Of a stretch of DNA of 32,000 nucleotides, positions 19,329 to 27,248 are shown in pieces. The notes under the pieces are model-generated. The model saw only the letters and a program-made list of their open reading frames with translations. It searched no databases and was not told the origin of the DNA. A program made the position numbers and the translations under genes. Source of the stretch: Xanthomonas campestris pv. campestris str. ATCC 33913 (GTDB lineage: Bacteria > Pseudomonadota > Gammaproteobacteria > Xanthomonadales > Xanthomonadaceae). The stretch's first letter is position 1; each line of letters opens with the position of its first letter. The stretch is taken from contig NC_003902.1 in assembly GCF_000007145.1 (NCBI RefSeq), positions 3,776,497-3,808,496 of the forward strand, written 5' to 3'.

Positions 19329-19952
19329 ATGCGCAAGCGTTCCACTCTTCTGTTCGCAGCCCTGGCTGCCGCCTCGGTCAGCGCACCCGCACTGGCCCAA
19401 TCCAAGGGTGACTGGTTGCTGGGCGTCGGCGCCCATCAGGTGGCGCCCAAGTCCGACAACGGCAGCCTGGCCGGCGGTACGCTCGACGTGGATGTCGGCA
19501 CCGATATCCGCCCGACCATCACCGCCGAATACTTCATCGCCGACAACTGGGGCATCGAGGTGCTGGCGGCACTGCCATTCGAGCACGACATCAACATCCG
19601 TGGCCTGGGCCGCGTGGGCAGCACCAAGCACCTGCCGCCGGTGGTCAGCTTGCAGTACCACTTCAACAGCCAGGGCAAGGTGTCGCCATTTGTCGGCGCG
19701 GGCATCAACTACACGCGCTTTTTCAGCACCGAAACCAGCGGCGCACTGGCCGGCAATGACCTGCACCTGGATGCCTCCTGGGGCCTGGCGGCACATGCGG
19801 GCCTGGACGTGAAGATCAGCGACCGCGGCGCTTTGCGCGTGGACCTGCGCTGGATCGACATCGACAGCGACGCCAGCCTCAATGGCAACCGTATCGGCAC
19901 GGTCAACATCGACCCGCTGGTCTACGGCGTGGCGTACGTGCACCGGTTCTGA
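19329..19952 (+). CDS. ompW: OmpW-family outer-membrane beta-barrel protein (copy 1)
   Basis: Signal peptide ...SAPALAQ, internal VSPFVGAGINYTRFF, and a C-terminal ...YGVAYVHRF ending in aromatic Phe. Confidence 0.9.
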   Translation: MRKRSTLLFAALAAASVSAPALAQSKGDWLLGVGAHQVAPKSDNGSLAGGTLDVDVGTDIRPTITAEYFIADNWGIEVLAALPFEHDINIRGLGRVGSTKHLPPVVSLQYHFNSQGKVSPFVGAGINYTRFFSTETSGALAGNDLHLDASWGLAAHAGLDVKISDRGALRVDLRWIDIDSDASLNGNRIGTVNIDPLVYGVAYVHRF

Positions 19953-20071
19953 GGACGGCGACGCGCGTGGCGCTTCTCTGGCACACTTGACGCCCAGGGA
20001 CGTGAATCCACCGCCGGAGTTGCGGACAGGTAGGTGCACGTCGACCGCCTGTCCGACTTACCGGGGATTCC

Positions 20072-20686
20072 ATGAGCACGCTTATCCGCACCGCCCTCGC
20101 CATCGCTTTGGCCGCTTCGGCCACTCCTGCTTTTGCCCAGTCGGCCGGCCATTGGACGACCGGCTATGGCGCGGGATATGTCTCGCCCAAGTCCGAAAGC
20201 GGCGACTTCGCTGGCGTCCGCGGCGAAATCAAGGGCGCGCCCGCGCTGTCGTTCACCTACGAATATTTCCTGCGCAACAACCTCGGCATCGAGGTGCACG
20301 CCGCCGTCTCGGGCAAGCACGACCTGGAGCTTGCGGGTGTCGGCAAGGTGGGCAGCTACTGGTCGGTGCCGCCGAGCGTGCTGTTGCAGTACCACATCAA
20401 CGGCTATGGCACGGTGTCGCCCTTCGTGGGCGTGGGCATCAACTACACCACCTTCCTGGGTGAAGACACAGACGAAGCGCTGGGCAGTGGCGATATCCGC
20501 TTCGACGATTCGGTGGGCGCCACCGCGCACGTGGGTGTGGACTTCATCTTCAATGAGCGCAGCGGCCTGCGTGTGGATGCACGCTGGACCGATTCGTCCA
20601 GCAACGTCGATTTCAACGGCACCCGCCTGGGCAAGGCGCAGATCGATCCGCTGACCTATGGCGTGTCGTACCTGGTCTATTTCTAA
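20072..20686 (+). CDS. ompW: OmpW-family outer-membrane protein (copy 2, tandem paralog)
   Basis: Same architecture as copy 1: signal peptide ...TPAFAQ, VSPFVGVGINYTTFL, and C-terminal YGVSYLVYF. Confidence 0.9.
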   Translation: MSTLIRTALAIALAASATPAFAQSAGHWTTGYGAGYVSPKSESGDFAGVRGEIKGAPALSFTYEYFLRNNLGIEVHAAVSGKHDLELAGVGKVGSYWSVPPSVLLQYHINGYGTVSPFVGVGINYTTFLGEDTDEALGSGDIRFDDSVGATAHVGVDFIFNERSGLRVDARWTDSSSNVDFNGTRLGKAQIDPLTYGVSYLVYF

Positions 20687-20771
20687 GAACAGCAATCAAA
20701 ACGACTGCGCGCCCGCCAGGCGGGGGCGGCCTGTGCTCGGAATCAGCATGTACCCCCCGTACACCCCGGTT

Positions 20772-20826
20772 CCTCCGCGCCGTCCGCACCCACCTGACGA
20801 CTGCGCGCTACGTTTTGTAGCCGCTC
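20772..20826. repeat. IS-adjacent flank repeat, in inverted orientation relative to 24321-24375
   Basis: The reverse complement GAGCGGCTACAAAACGTAGCGCGCAGTCGTCAGGTGGGTGCGGACGGCGCGG aligns by eye with GAACGGCTAACACAACGTAGCGAGCAATCGTCAGCTGGGTGCGAATGGCGCGG. About 47 of 56 columns match. Confidence 0.7.
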
Positions 20827-20837
20827 TAAGAACCTGT

Positions 20838-21356
20838 TCACGATCTTCTGAGTAATAGTGCCAAGAAGGCCAAATGGATGAACTGCAGGCTGGTGTTTAG
20901 TTTGCGCTCGCAGTTCTTCCATAGCCTTCGGTTCTTCTCCAGCCAAGCAAAACTACGCTCGACGATCCATCGCTTGGGCATGACCTTGAAGGTATGCAGT
21001 TCGCTGCGCTTGGCAATCTGCACCGTGAGCTGTTCGCCTAAAATCTCTCGCACGCCGTCGGCAAACCGTACTCCGGTGTAACCGCTGTCGCACAGTAAGC
21101 TTTGTACATGCGTCAAGTTTGACTGGCAGCGCTCCAACGCTTGCAGCGCACCTTTGCGGTCGGTCACCTCCGCCGTCGTCACCGCGATTGCATGGGGCAA
21201 TCCCTGAGTATCAACAGCGATATGCCGCTTGATGCCCGACACCTTCTTGCCCGCGTCATATCCCTTTTGCCCTGCTGTGTCCGTGTTCTTTACGCTCTGC
21301 GCGTCCACGATCAAGAACCTGGTGCAGGCGTTGCGCTCCTGTCTGGCGCGGGCCAC
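20838..21356 (-). CDS. IS transposase orfB (DDE catalytic part)
   Basis: FLIVDAQSVKNTD, KRHIAVDTQGL and WIVERSFAWLEKNRRLWKNCERK form the DDE triad region. The frame is open upstream across the A6 tract, so it is probably expressed as an orfAB fusion. Confidence 0.85.
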   Translation of the reverse strand: MARARQERNACTRFLIVDAQSVKNTDTAGQKGYDAGKKVSGIKRHIAVDTQGLPHAIAVTTAEVTDRKGALQALERCQSNLTHVQSLLCDSGYTGVRFADGVREILGEQLTVQIAKRSELHTFKVMPKRWIVERSFAWLEKNRRLWKNCERKLNTSLQFIHLAFLALLLRRS

Positions 21357-21651
21357 GCCAACCTGATTTTTTAAGTGCCTGCTCCAGCAGGCTCACTCCC
21401 TCATCGTCGCACTCGCTCCACTTGGCAAAGTACGAGTGCACGGTCCGCCACTTTGGAAAGTCGCTGGGGAGCGCTCGCCATTGGCAACCGGTTCGCAGCA
21501 CGTACAACACTGCGCACCACACCTCATACATATCCACACGGCGTGGCTTGGTGCGCTTACGCGCTTGTTCCAGAATCGGCAGCACGTGTTCGAACTGCTC
21601 CCGGCTCATGTCACTCGGATAGGTCTTTTGGCGCATCCGCATAGTCTGCAC
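21256..21651 (-). CDS. IS transposase orfA (HTH / DNA-binding part)
   Basis: ...KTYPSDMSREQFEHVLPILEQARKRTKPRRVDMYEVWCAVLYVLRTGCQWRALPSDFPKWRTVHSYFAKW is the typical N-terminal region of IS5-family transposases. The start is ambiguous (GTG 21651, or ATG 21642 or 21636). Confidence 0.85.
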   Translation of the reverse strand: MQTMRMRQKTYPSDMSREQFEHVLPILEQARKRTKPRRVDMYEVWCAVLYVLRTGCQWRALPSDFPKWRTVHSYFAKWSECDDEGVSLLEQALKKSGWRGPRQTGAQRLHQVLDRGRAERKEHGHSRAKGI

Positions 21652-21741
21652 TGATCAGGAAAGATCGTGAACAGGTTCTTAGGAACGGAAGAAAACCATC
21701 GGCCCGAAAGAAGCATCGCGCGCAGGCCGCACGTACTGCAC

Positions 21742-22554
21742 TCAGCCGCGCCAGCCCGCCTGCAGATTGGCCTGCAACGCCGGGCCCATCAACTTGGGTT
21801 CGGGCAGGCCGGCATCGCGGGCTTGCCGTTGCGCCACATAAGCCTCCACGTCCACACCATCGCGCACATGGATATTGCTGCGGCGCTGCTCGCCGATGGT
21901 GGTCGCGTGTGCAATCGCGCGCCCGCCCGGGCCGTAGTCATGGCACACGAACACGCGCGTGGCATCCGGCAAGGCGTACAAGCGTTGGATCGACGCATAG
22001 AGTTGACGCGCGTCACCGCCGGGGAAGTCGCAGCGCGCGGTGCCCGCGTCCGGCATGAACAGCGAGTCGCCAGGAAACAGTGCATCGCCCATCAGGTAGG
22101 CGATGCTGTCGCTGGTGTGCCCGGGCACTGCAATCACGCGGCAGGCAATCGCGCCCAACGCGAAGCGCTCGTCATCGGCAAACAGATGGTCGAACTGCGC
22201 GCCATCGGCACGAAACCCGGCCGGCAATGCGTACTGCGGCGCCAGCGTCTGCTGGACCTGTGTGATGCCTTCGCCGATCCCGACTCGCGCGTCCGGCCAG
22301 TGCTGCTTCAACCATTGCGCGGCGCTGAGGTGATCGGCGTGTGCGTGCGTTTCCAACAACCACTGCACCTGCCAGCCATGCTGCTGTACGGCATCGACAA
22401 TGGCTTGCGCCGCCTGTGTGGTGATCGCGCCGGTGTCGGCAGCGTAGTCCAGCGCCGGGTCGATCACCGCCGCCGCCCCGGTGCGCGTATCGGCAACCAC
22501 GTAGGTAAAGGTGTTGCTGTCGGCATGGAAGAACGCAAGGACCTGCGGCTGCAT
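21742..22554 (-). CDS. MBL-fold metallo-hydrolase (glyoxalase II / persulfide-dioxygenase-like)
   Basis: HxHxDH motif (ETHAHADHLSAA), PGHTSDSIAY, and a C-terminal CHDY. The ATG at 22554 is preceded by GGAGAT. The ORF extends to 22680, but that extension overlaps the nuclease gene. Confidence 0.85.
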   Translation of the reverse strand: MQPQVLAFFHADSNTFTYVVADTRTGAAAVIDPALDYAADTGAITTQAAQAIVDAVQQHGWQVQWLLETHAHADHLSAAQWLKQHWPDARVGIGEGITQVQQTLAPQYALPAGFRADGAQFDHLFADDERFALGAIACRVIAVPGHTSDSIAYLMGDALFPGDSLFMPDAGTARCDFPGGDARQLYASIQRLYALPDATRVFVCHDYGPGGRAIAHATTIGEQRRSNIHVRDGVDVEAYVAQRQARDAGLPEPKLMGPALQANLQAGWRG

Positions 22555-22567
22555 CGGTATCTCCGTC

Positions 22568-23380
22568 TCAGGGGCTGCGCAGCGCCGCATTGAGCAGCGC
22601 GGCCAGCCGGTCGCCCGCGACACGCAGCTGGGTCTCGGCAATCGGGCGATAGGTGGCGATATAGGTTGGTGGCAGTACATGCGTGTCGGGATACACGCCG
22701 GGCGTGATCGCGATGCGGCACGACGCCTGTGCCCAGGCCGCGCCCGGCGGCGGCAGCGCCGGCGAGGTGGGCGCGGTTGCCGGCAAGGCCAGCAGCACTT
22801 TCAGATAGGCATCGTCGCTGAGGTGGCGGTCATTGAGCATGCCGCTGTCCCACAGCGCGTGCAGATTGCTGCCCTTGCCGGCAACCTGTAGCTGGAAGTC
22901 ATTGCCGCCCTTGTCGTGCGCATAGCCGGCGTGCATTGGCTGATGGATGTCGCCAACAAAATGCACCACGAACTTCAGCGCCTGCCTGCGTGCGGCCAAC
23001 GGTTGGTTGCGATCGGCCAGCACGGCGGTCTGCTGCTCCAGCGCAGCGATCACGCAGTTGCCATCCGGGCAATCGCGCGGCGGTACATAGCCGCAGTCGT
23101 GTTCGCCGAGATTGACGTAATGCCAGGGGCCCGAGCGCTTGCCCAGATCCGGATCATTGGCGCGCAACTCATCGGCCCAGGTGGCCACACCGGCCAGGCT
23201 GGGGTCGGCTTCGCCTGCCAGCAACTGACTGACCTGCGCGCGCGCCTGCGGCGTCAATTCGGTTTCGGCAACACGCGCCACCAGCCGGTGGCCCTGCGGG
23301 CCCCAGGCCAGTGCGGCGGTGGGCTGCAGCGCGGCTGCACACACGGAGAGCGTCAACAACAACGGGGAGAAGGTCTTCAT
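22568..23380 (-). CDS. Secreted S1/P1-family zinc nuclease
   Basis: The signal peptide ends ...TAALA, and the mature N-terminus WGPQGH carries the Zn-ligand Trp1 typical of S1/P1 nucleases. VHFVGDIHQPMH and NLHALWD are also present. Confidence 0.9.
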   Translation of the reverse strand: MKTFSPLLLTLSVCAAALQPTAALAWGPQGHRLVARVAETELTPQARAQVSQLLAGEADPSLAGVATWADELRANDPDLGKRSGPWHYVNLGEHDCGYVPPRDCPDGNCVIAALEQQTAVLADRNQPLAARRQALKFVVHFVGDIHQPMHAGYAHDKGGNDFQLQVAGKGSNLHALWDSGMLNDRHLSDDAYLKVLLALPATAPTSPALPPPGAAWAQASCRIAITPGVYPDTHVLPPTYIATYRPIAETQLRVAGDRLAALLNAALRSP

Positions 23381-23495
23381 CCCCGGAATTGTACGCGTCG
23401 CATTTGTAAGGCGGATTGCAGCGTTTGCCCATTCGCGCAGGCACCCGGCCTGCGCGACGCGCGGCTTAGAACCTGTTCACGATCTTTCCTGATCA

Positions 23496-23891
23496 GTGCA
23501 GACTATGCGGATGCGCCAAAAGACCTATCCGAGCGACATGAGCCGGGAGCAGTTCGAACACGTGCTGCCGATCCTGGAACAAGCGCGTAAGCGCACCAAG
23601 CCACGCCGTGTGGATATGTATGAGGTGTGGTGCGCAGTGTTGTACGTGCTGCGAACCGGTTGCCAATGGCGAGCGCTCCCCAGCGACTTTCCAAAGTGGC
23701 GGACCGTGCACTCGTACTTTGCCAAGTGGAGCGAGTGCAACGATGAGGGAGTGAGCCTGCTGGAGCAGGCACTTAAAAAATCAGGTTGGCGTGGCCCGCG
23801 CCAGACAGGAGCGCAACGCCTGCACCAGGTTCTTGATCGTGGACGCGCAGAGCGTAAAGAACACCGACACAGCAGGGCAAAAGGGATATGA
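23496..23891 (+). CDS. IS transposase orfA
   Basis: As for copy 1. Candidate starts are GTG 23496, ATG 23505 and ATG 23511. Confidence 0.85.
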   Translation: MQTMRMRQKTYPSDMSREQFEHVLPILEQARKRTKPRRVDMYEVWCAVLYVLRTGCQWRALPSDFPKWRTVHSYFAKWSECNDEGVSLLEQALKKSGWRGPRQTGAQRLHQVLDRGRAERKEHRHSRAKGI

Positions 23892-24309
23892 CGCGGGCAA
23901 GAAGGTGTCGGGCATCAAGCGGCATATCGCTGTTGATACTCAGGGATTGCCCCATGCAATCGCGGTGACGACGGCGGAGGTGACCGACCGCAAAGGTGCG
24001 CTGCAAGCGTTGGAGCGCTGCCAGTCAAACTTGACGCATGTACAAACCTTACTGTGCGACAGCGGTTACACCGGAGTACGGTTTGCCGACGGCGTGCGAG
24101 AGATTTTAGGCGAACAGCTCACGGTGCAGATTGCCAAGCGCAGCGAACTGCATACCTTCAAGGTCATGCCCAAGCGATGGATCGTCGAGCGTAGTTTTGC
24201 TTGGCTGGAGAAGAACCGAAGGCTATGGAAGAACTGCGAGCGCAAACTCAACACCAGCCTGCAGTTCATCCATTTGGCCTTCTTGGCACTATTACTCAGA
24301 AGATCGTGA
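23791..24309 (+). CDS. IS transposase orfB (DDE domain)
   Basis: As for copy 1. The frame is open from 23755 and lies in the +1 phase relative to orfA. Confidence 0.85.
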   Translation: MARARQERNACTRFLIVDAQSVKNTDTAGQKGYDAGKKVSGIKRHIAVDTQGLPHAIAVTTAEVTDRKGALQALERCQSNLTHVQTLLCDSGYTGVRFADGVREILGEQLTVQIAKRSELHTFKVMPKRWIVERSFAWLEKNRRLWKNCERKLNTSLQFIHLAFLALLLRRS

Positions 24310-24320
24310 ACAGGTTCTAA

Positions 24321-24375
24321 GAACGGCTAACACAACGTAGCGAGCAATCGTCAGCTGGGTGCGAATGGCGCGGGG
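24321..24375. repeat. IS-adjacent flank repeat, partner of 20772-20826
   Basis: See 20772-20826. Similarity begins exactly at the orfB-side IS junction. Confidence 0.7.
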
Positions 24376-24527
24376 CCACATGTGGATTCCAGACGCGGCT
24401 GCATCACTGCGGCACGTCTGGCAGCACCGCTGCTGGCTCGTCCAGTGAAAGCCGCCAGCCCCCTCACGCACGCGGCGCGGCACGCCCTGCCGTTATGATC
24501 GGGGGCTTCCCCCATCCGGAGTTCCCG

Positions 24528-25304
24528 ATGCGCATGACCGGTTTCTGGCGCCGCACCCTTTGCGCCGTGCTGCTCGCCCTGCCCGTGCTTGCCAGCGCGC
24601 AGACCGCGCCATTGACGGTGTTCGCTGCGGAGAGCCTGAAGGAATCGATGGATGAGGCCGCGGCCGCTTACGAACAAGCGACCGGCACGCCGGTCCGCGT
24701 GTCCTATGCCGCAAGTTCCGCGCTTGCGCGACAGATCGAACAAGGCGCACCGGCGGACGTGTTCTTCTCCGCCGATCTGGAATGGATGGACTATCTGCAG
24801 CAACGTGGGCAGGTGCTGCCTGCGCAACGCCGCAACCTGCTCGGCAACACCCTGGTGCTGATCGCGCCGGCAACCAGCAAGGTGCGCGTGGACCTGCGCC
24901 AGCCCGGCGCGATCGCCAAGGCATTGGGCAGTGACGGCCGCCTGGCAGTGGGCCAGACCGCGAGTGTGCCGGCCGGGAAGTACGCCGCCGCCGCGCTGCG
25001 TGCGCTGAGCCAGTGGGAGGGTGTCAGTGCGCATCTGGCCGAGTCCGAGAGCGTGCGTGCCGCGCTGATGCTGGTGTCGCGCGGTGAGGCGCCGCTGGGC
25101 ATCGTGTATGGCTCCGATGCCCGCGCCGAGCCCAAGGTGCGTGTGGTCGCCACGTTCCCCGCCGACAGCCATGCCCCCATCGTCTACCCGGTGGCAGCGC
25201 TGAAAAACAGCCGCAATCCCAAGGCCGCGGCGTTCGTGCAGTGGCTGGGCAGTGCACCCGCCAAGGCGATCTTCGTGCGCCGCGGTTTTTCGCTGAAGGA
25301 CTGA
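24528..25304 (+). CDS. modA: Molybdate ABC transporter periplasmic binding protein
   Basis: Signal peptide [24 protein letters not shown], then [39 protein letters not shown] and VPAGKYA, as in ModA. Confidence 0.9.
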   Translation: MRMTGFWRRTLCAVLLALPVLASAQTAPLTVFAAESLKESMDEAAAAYEQATGTPVRVSYAASSALARQIEQGAPADVFFSADLEWMDYLQQRGQVLPAQRRNLLGNTLVLIAPATSKVRVDLRQPGAIAKALGSDGRLAVGQTASVPAGKYAAAALRALSQWEGVSAHLAESESVRAALMLVSRGEAPLGIVYGSDARAEPKVRVVATFPADSHAPIVYPVAALKNSRNPKAAAFVQWLGSAPAKAIFVRRGFSLKD

Positions 25305-25314
25305 GGCAGTCCGC

Positions 25315-26007
25315 GTGGCGATGTTCACCCCGGAAGAGCTGACCGCGATTGGCCTGAGTCTCAAGGTCGCGGTCGTGGCGGCGTTGGCGAGCCTGCCGCC
25401 CGGCATCGCCTGCGGCTGGCTGCTGGCGCGGCGGCGCTTCCCGGGCAAGGCGCTGCTGGACGCGCTGCTGCACCTGCCGCTGGTGATGCCGCCGGTGGTG
25501 ACCGGTTACGCGCTGCTGGTGGTGCTGGGGACGCAGGGCCCGGTCGGCAGCTGGTTGCTTGAACACCTGGGCATCCAGTTCGCGTTCCGCTGGACCGGCG
25601 CGGCGCTGGCCTGCGCGGTGATGGGCTTCCCGTTGATGGTGCGGGCCATCCGGCTGTCGATCGAAGCCACCGACCGCCGCCTGGAAGCGGCGGCCGCCAC
25701 GCTCGGTGCCGGCCCCTGGCGGGTGTTCTTCAGCATCACCCTGCCGCTGGCCTGGCCGGGTCTGGTGGCCGGTGTGGTGCTGGCGTTCGCCAAGGCCTTG
25801 GGCGAGTTCGGCGCAACAATCACGTTTGTGTCCAATATCCCTGGCGAAACGCAGACGCTGTCGTCGGCGATCTATGGCTTGATGCAGGTGCCCGGCATGG
25901 AATCGGGCGTGTGGCGGCTGGCCGGCGTGGCACTGGCGATCTCGCTGGCCGCGCTGCTGCTGTCCGAGTGGCTGGTGCGCCGGCCGCATCCGCGCGAGGA
26001 GGTCTGA
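25315..26007 (+). CDS. modB: Molybdate ABC transporter permease
   Basis: Polytopic protein with the EAA-loop region (LEAAAATLGAGPWRVFFSITLP). Start is GTG 25315 or ATG 25321. Confidence 0.9.
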   Translation: MAMFTPEELTAIGLSLKVAVVAALASLPPGIACGWLLARRRFPGKALLDALLHLPLVMPPVVTGYALLVVLGTQGPVGSWLLEHLGIQFAFRWTGAALACAVMGFPLMVRAIRLSIEATDRRLEAAAATLGAGPWRVFFSITLPLAWPGLVAGVVLAFAKALGEFGATITFVSNIPGETQTLSSAIYGLMQVPGMESGVWRLAGVALAISLAALLLSEWLVRRPHPREEV

Positions 26008-26621
26008 TGCTGGATATCGATCTGCAGCTGCAACGTGGCCAGTTCAACCGACGCATCGTCATCCAGGACGACGAACGCGTGGTGGCGCTGGTCGGCGCCT
26101 CGGGTGCGGGCAAGACCACCGTGCTCAATGCGATCGCCGGGCTGGTGCGCCCGCAGGCCGGACATATCCGTATCGACGGGCGTTGCCTGTACGACCATCA
26201 GCAGGGTGTGGATCTGCCCACCCACCGCCGGCGCATCGGTTATGTGTTTCAGGATGCGCGCCTGTTTCCACACCTGGATGTCCGCCGCAACCTGGATTAC
26301 GGGCGCCACGCAGGCGCTGCGGCGCGCTTCGGTTTCGACGATGTGGTGGCCTTGCTCGGGATTGCGCCGTTGCTGCAGCGGCGCACGCGCAATCTGTCCG
26401 GTGGCGAAGCGCAACGCGTGGCGATCGGCCGCGCCTTGCTGTCGCAGCCGGCGATCCTGTTGTTCGATGAACCGCTGTCGGCCCTGGATCAGGCACGACG
26501 CGAGGAGTTGATCCCCTACCTGCAGCGCGTGCGCGACGAGATCGGCCTGCCGATGCTGTATGTCAGCCACAACCCCGACGAAGTGCAGCGCATTGCCTCC
26601 AGCGTGCATGTGCTGGACTAG
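26007..26621 (+). CDS. modC: Molybdate ABC transporter ATPase (short form, NBD only)
   Basis: Walker A GASGAGKT, signature LSGGEAQRV, Walker B LLFDEPLSALD and H-loop YVSHN. The ATG overlaps the modB stop (TGATG). Confidence 0.88.
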   Translation: MLDIDLQLQRGQFNRRIVIQDDERVVALVGASGAGKTTVLNAIAGLVRPQAGHIRIDGRCLYDHQQGVDLPTHRRRIGYVFQDARLFPHLDVRRNLDYGRHAGAAARFGFDDVVALLGIAPLLQRRTRNLSGGEAQRVAIGRALLSQPAILLFDEPLSALDQARREELIPYLQRVRDEIGLPMLYVSHNPDEVQRIASSVHVLD

Positions 26622-26669
26622 CACAGCCAACGCGCCACGCGCGCATTGGGAAGATCACGCGGAGCACGC

Positions 26670-27227
26670 ATGAAACGCTATCAGAAGCAGGATTTTCCCG
26701 TCGACCAGGTCCGCCGTTTTCTCGAGCCGGGGCCGGTGCTGCTGGTGAGCTCGGCGCACCGCGGCCAGCGCAACATCATGACCCTGGGATGGCACATGGT
26801 GCTGGAGTTCTCACCCTCGCTCATTGCGTGCTGCATCGCGCGCGGCAACCACAGTTTTGAACTGGTCCGTCGCAGCAAGCAATGCGTGATCAACCTACCG
26901 ACGGCCGAGCTTCTGGACACCGTGGTTGCGATCGGCAACAGCACTGGTGCGCAGATCGACAAGTTCGCACACTTCGGGCTGACTGCAGCGGCAAGCACGC
27001 AGGTGGACGCACCGGGCATCGCCGAGTGTTATGCCAGCTTCGAGTGCCGCCTGCATGACGGGCGGCAGATCAACCGCCACAACCTGTTTGTGTGGGAAGT
27101 GGTGCACGCGCATGTGGCGCCACGGCCCGCGGTACCGAAGACCGTGCATTACCGTGGCGATGGGCGTTTCATGCTCTCTGGCGCGGAGGTATCGCGGCGG
27201 CGCCTGTTCACACCGGAGATGCTCTAG
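26670..27227 (+). CDS. Flavin reductase-like (FMN-binding split-barrel) protein
   Basis: PVLLVSSAHRGQRNIMTLGWHM...CVINLP is typical of the flavin reductase-like domain. GGAG lies 6 nt upstream of the ATG at 26670. Confidence 0.8.
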   Translation: MKRYQKQDFPVDQVRRFLEPGPVLLVSSAHRGQRNIMTLGWHMVLEFSPSLIACCIARGNHSFELVRRSKQCVINLPTAELLDTVVAIGNSTGAQIDKFAHFGLTAAASTQVDAPGIAECYASFECRLHDGRQINRHNLFVWEVVHAHVAPRPAVPKTVHYRGDGRFMLSGAEVSRRRLFTPEML

Positions 27228-27248
27228 CCGCGTTGAAGCGGCTTGCCG

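Larger units (their letters stand above)
20830..21678 (-). mobile_element. IS5-family insertion sequence, IS427-group-like, copy 1 (849 bp)
   Basis: Perfect 18-bp terminal inverted repeats GAACCTGTTCACGATCTT at 20830-20847 and 21661-21678. It carries two overlapping transposase ORFs and is visibly less GC-rich than its surroundings. It is near-identical to 23469-24317. Confidence 0.92.
23469..24317 (+). mobile_element. IS5-family insertion sequence, IS427-group-like, copy 2 (849 bp), inverted relative to copy 1
   Basis: It has the same 18-bp IRs (23469-23486 and 24300-24317). Only a handful of substitutions versus copy 1 are visible, e.g. orfA SECDDEG vs SECNDEG and orfB VQSLL vs VQTLL. Confidence 0.92.

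Noticed and set aside
20683-20690. CTAAGAAC at the ompW2 stop is identical to the IS junction sequence C-TAA-GAAC.
   Set aside because: The match is only 8 nt and includes a stop codon, so it is compatible with chance. At most it is another potential target-like site.
24440-24527. Search for a ModE-type operator or a Moco riboswitch upstream of modA.
   Set aside because: Only a weak CGTTATGAT resemblance was found, with no dyad or conserved riboswitch-like structure. The native upstream region is also interrupted by the IS 210 bp from the start.
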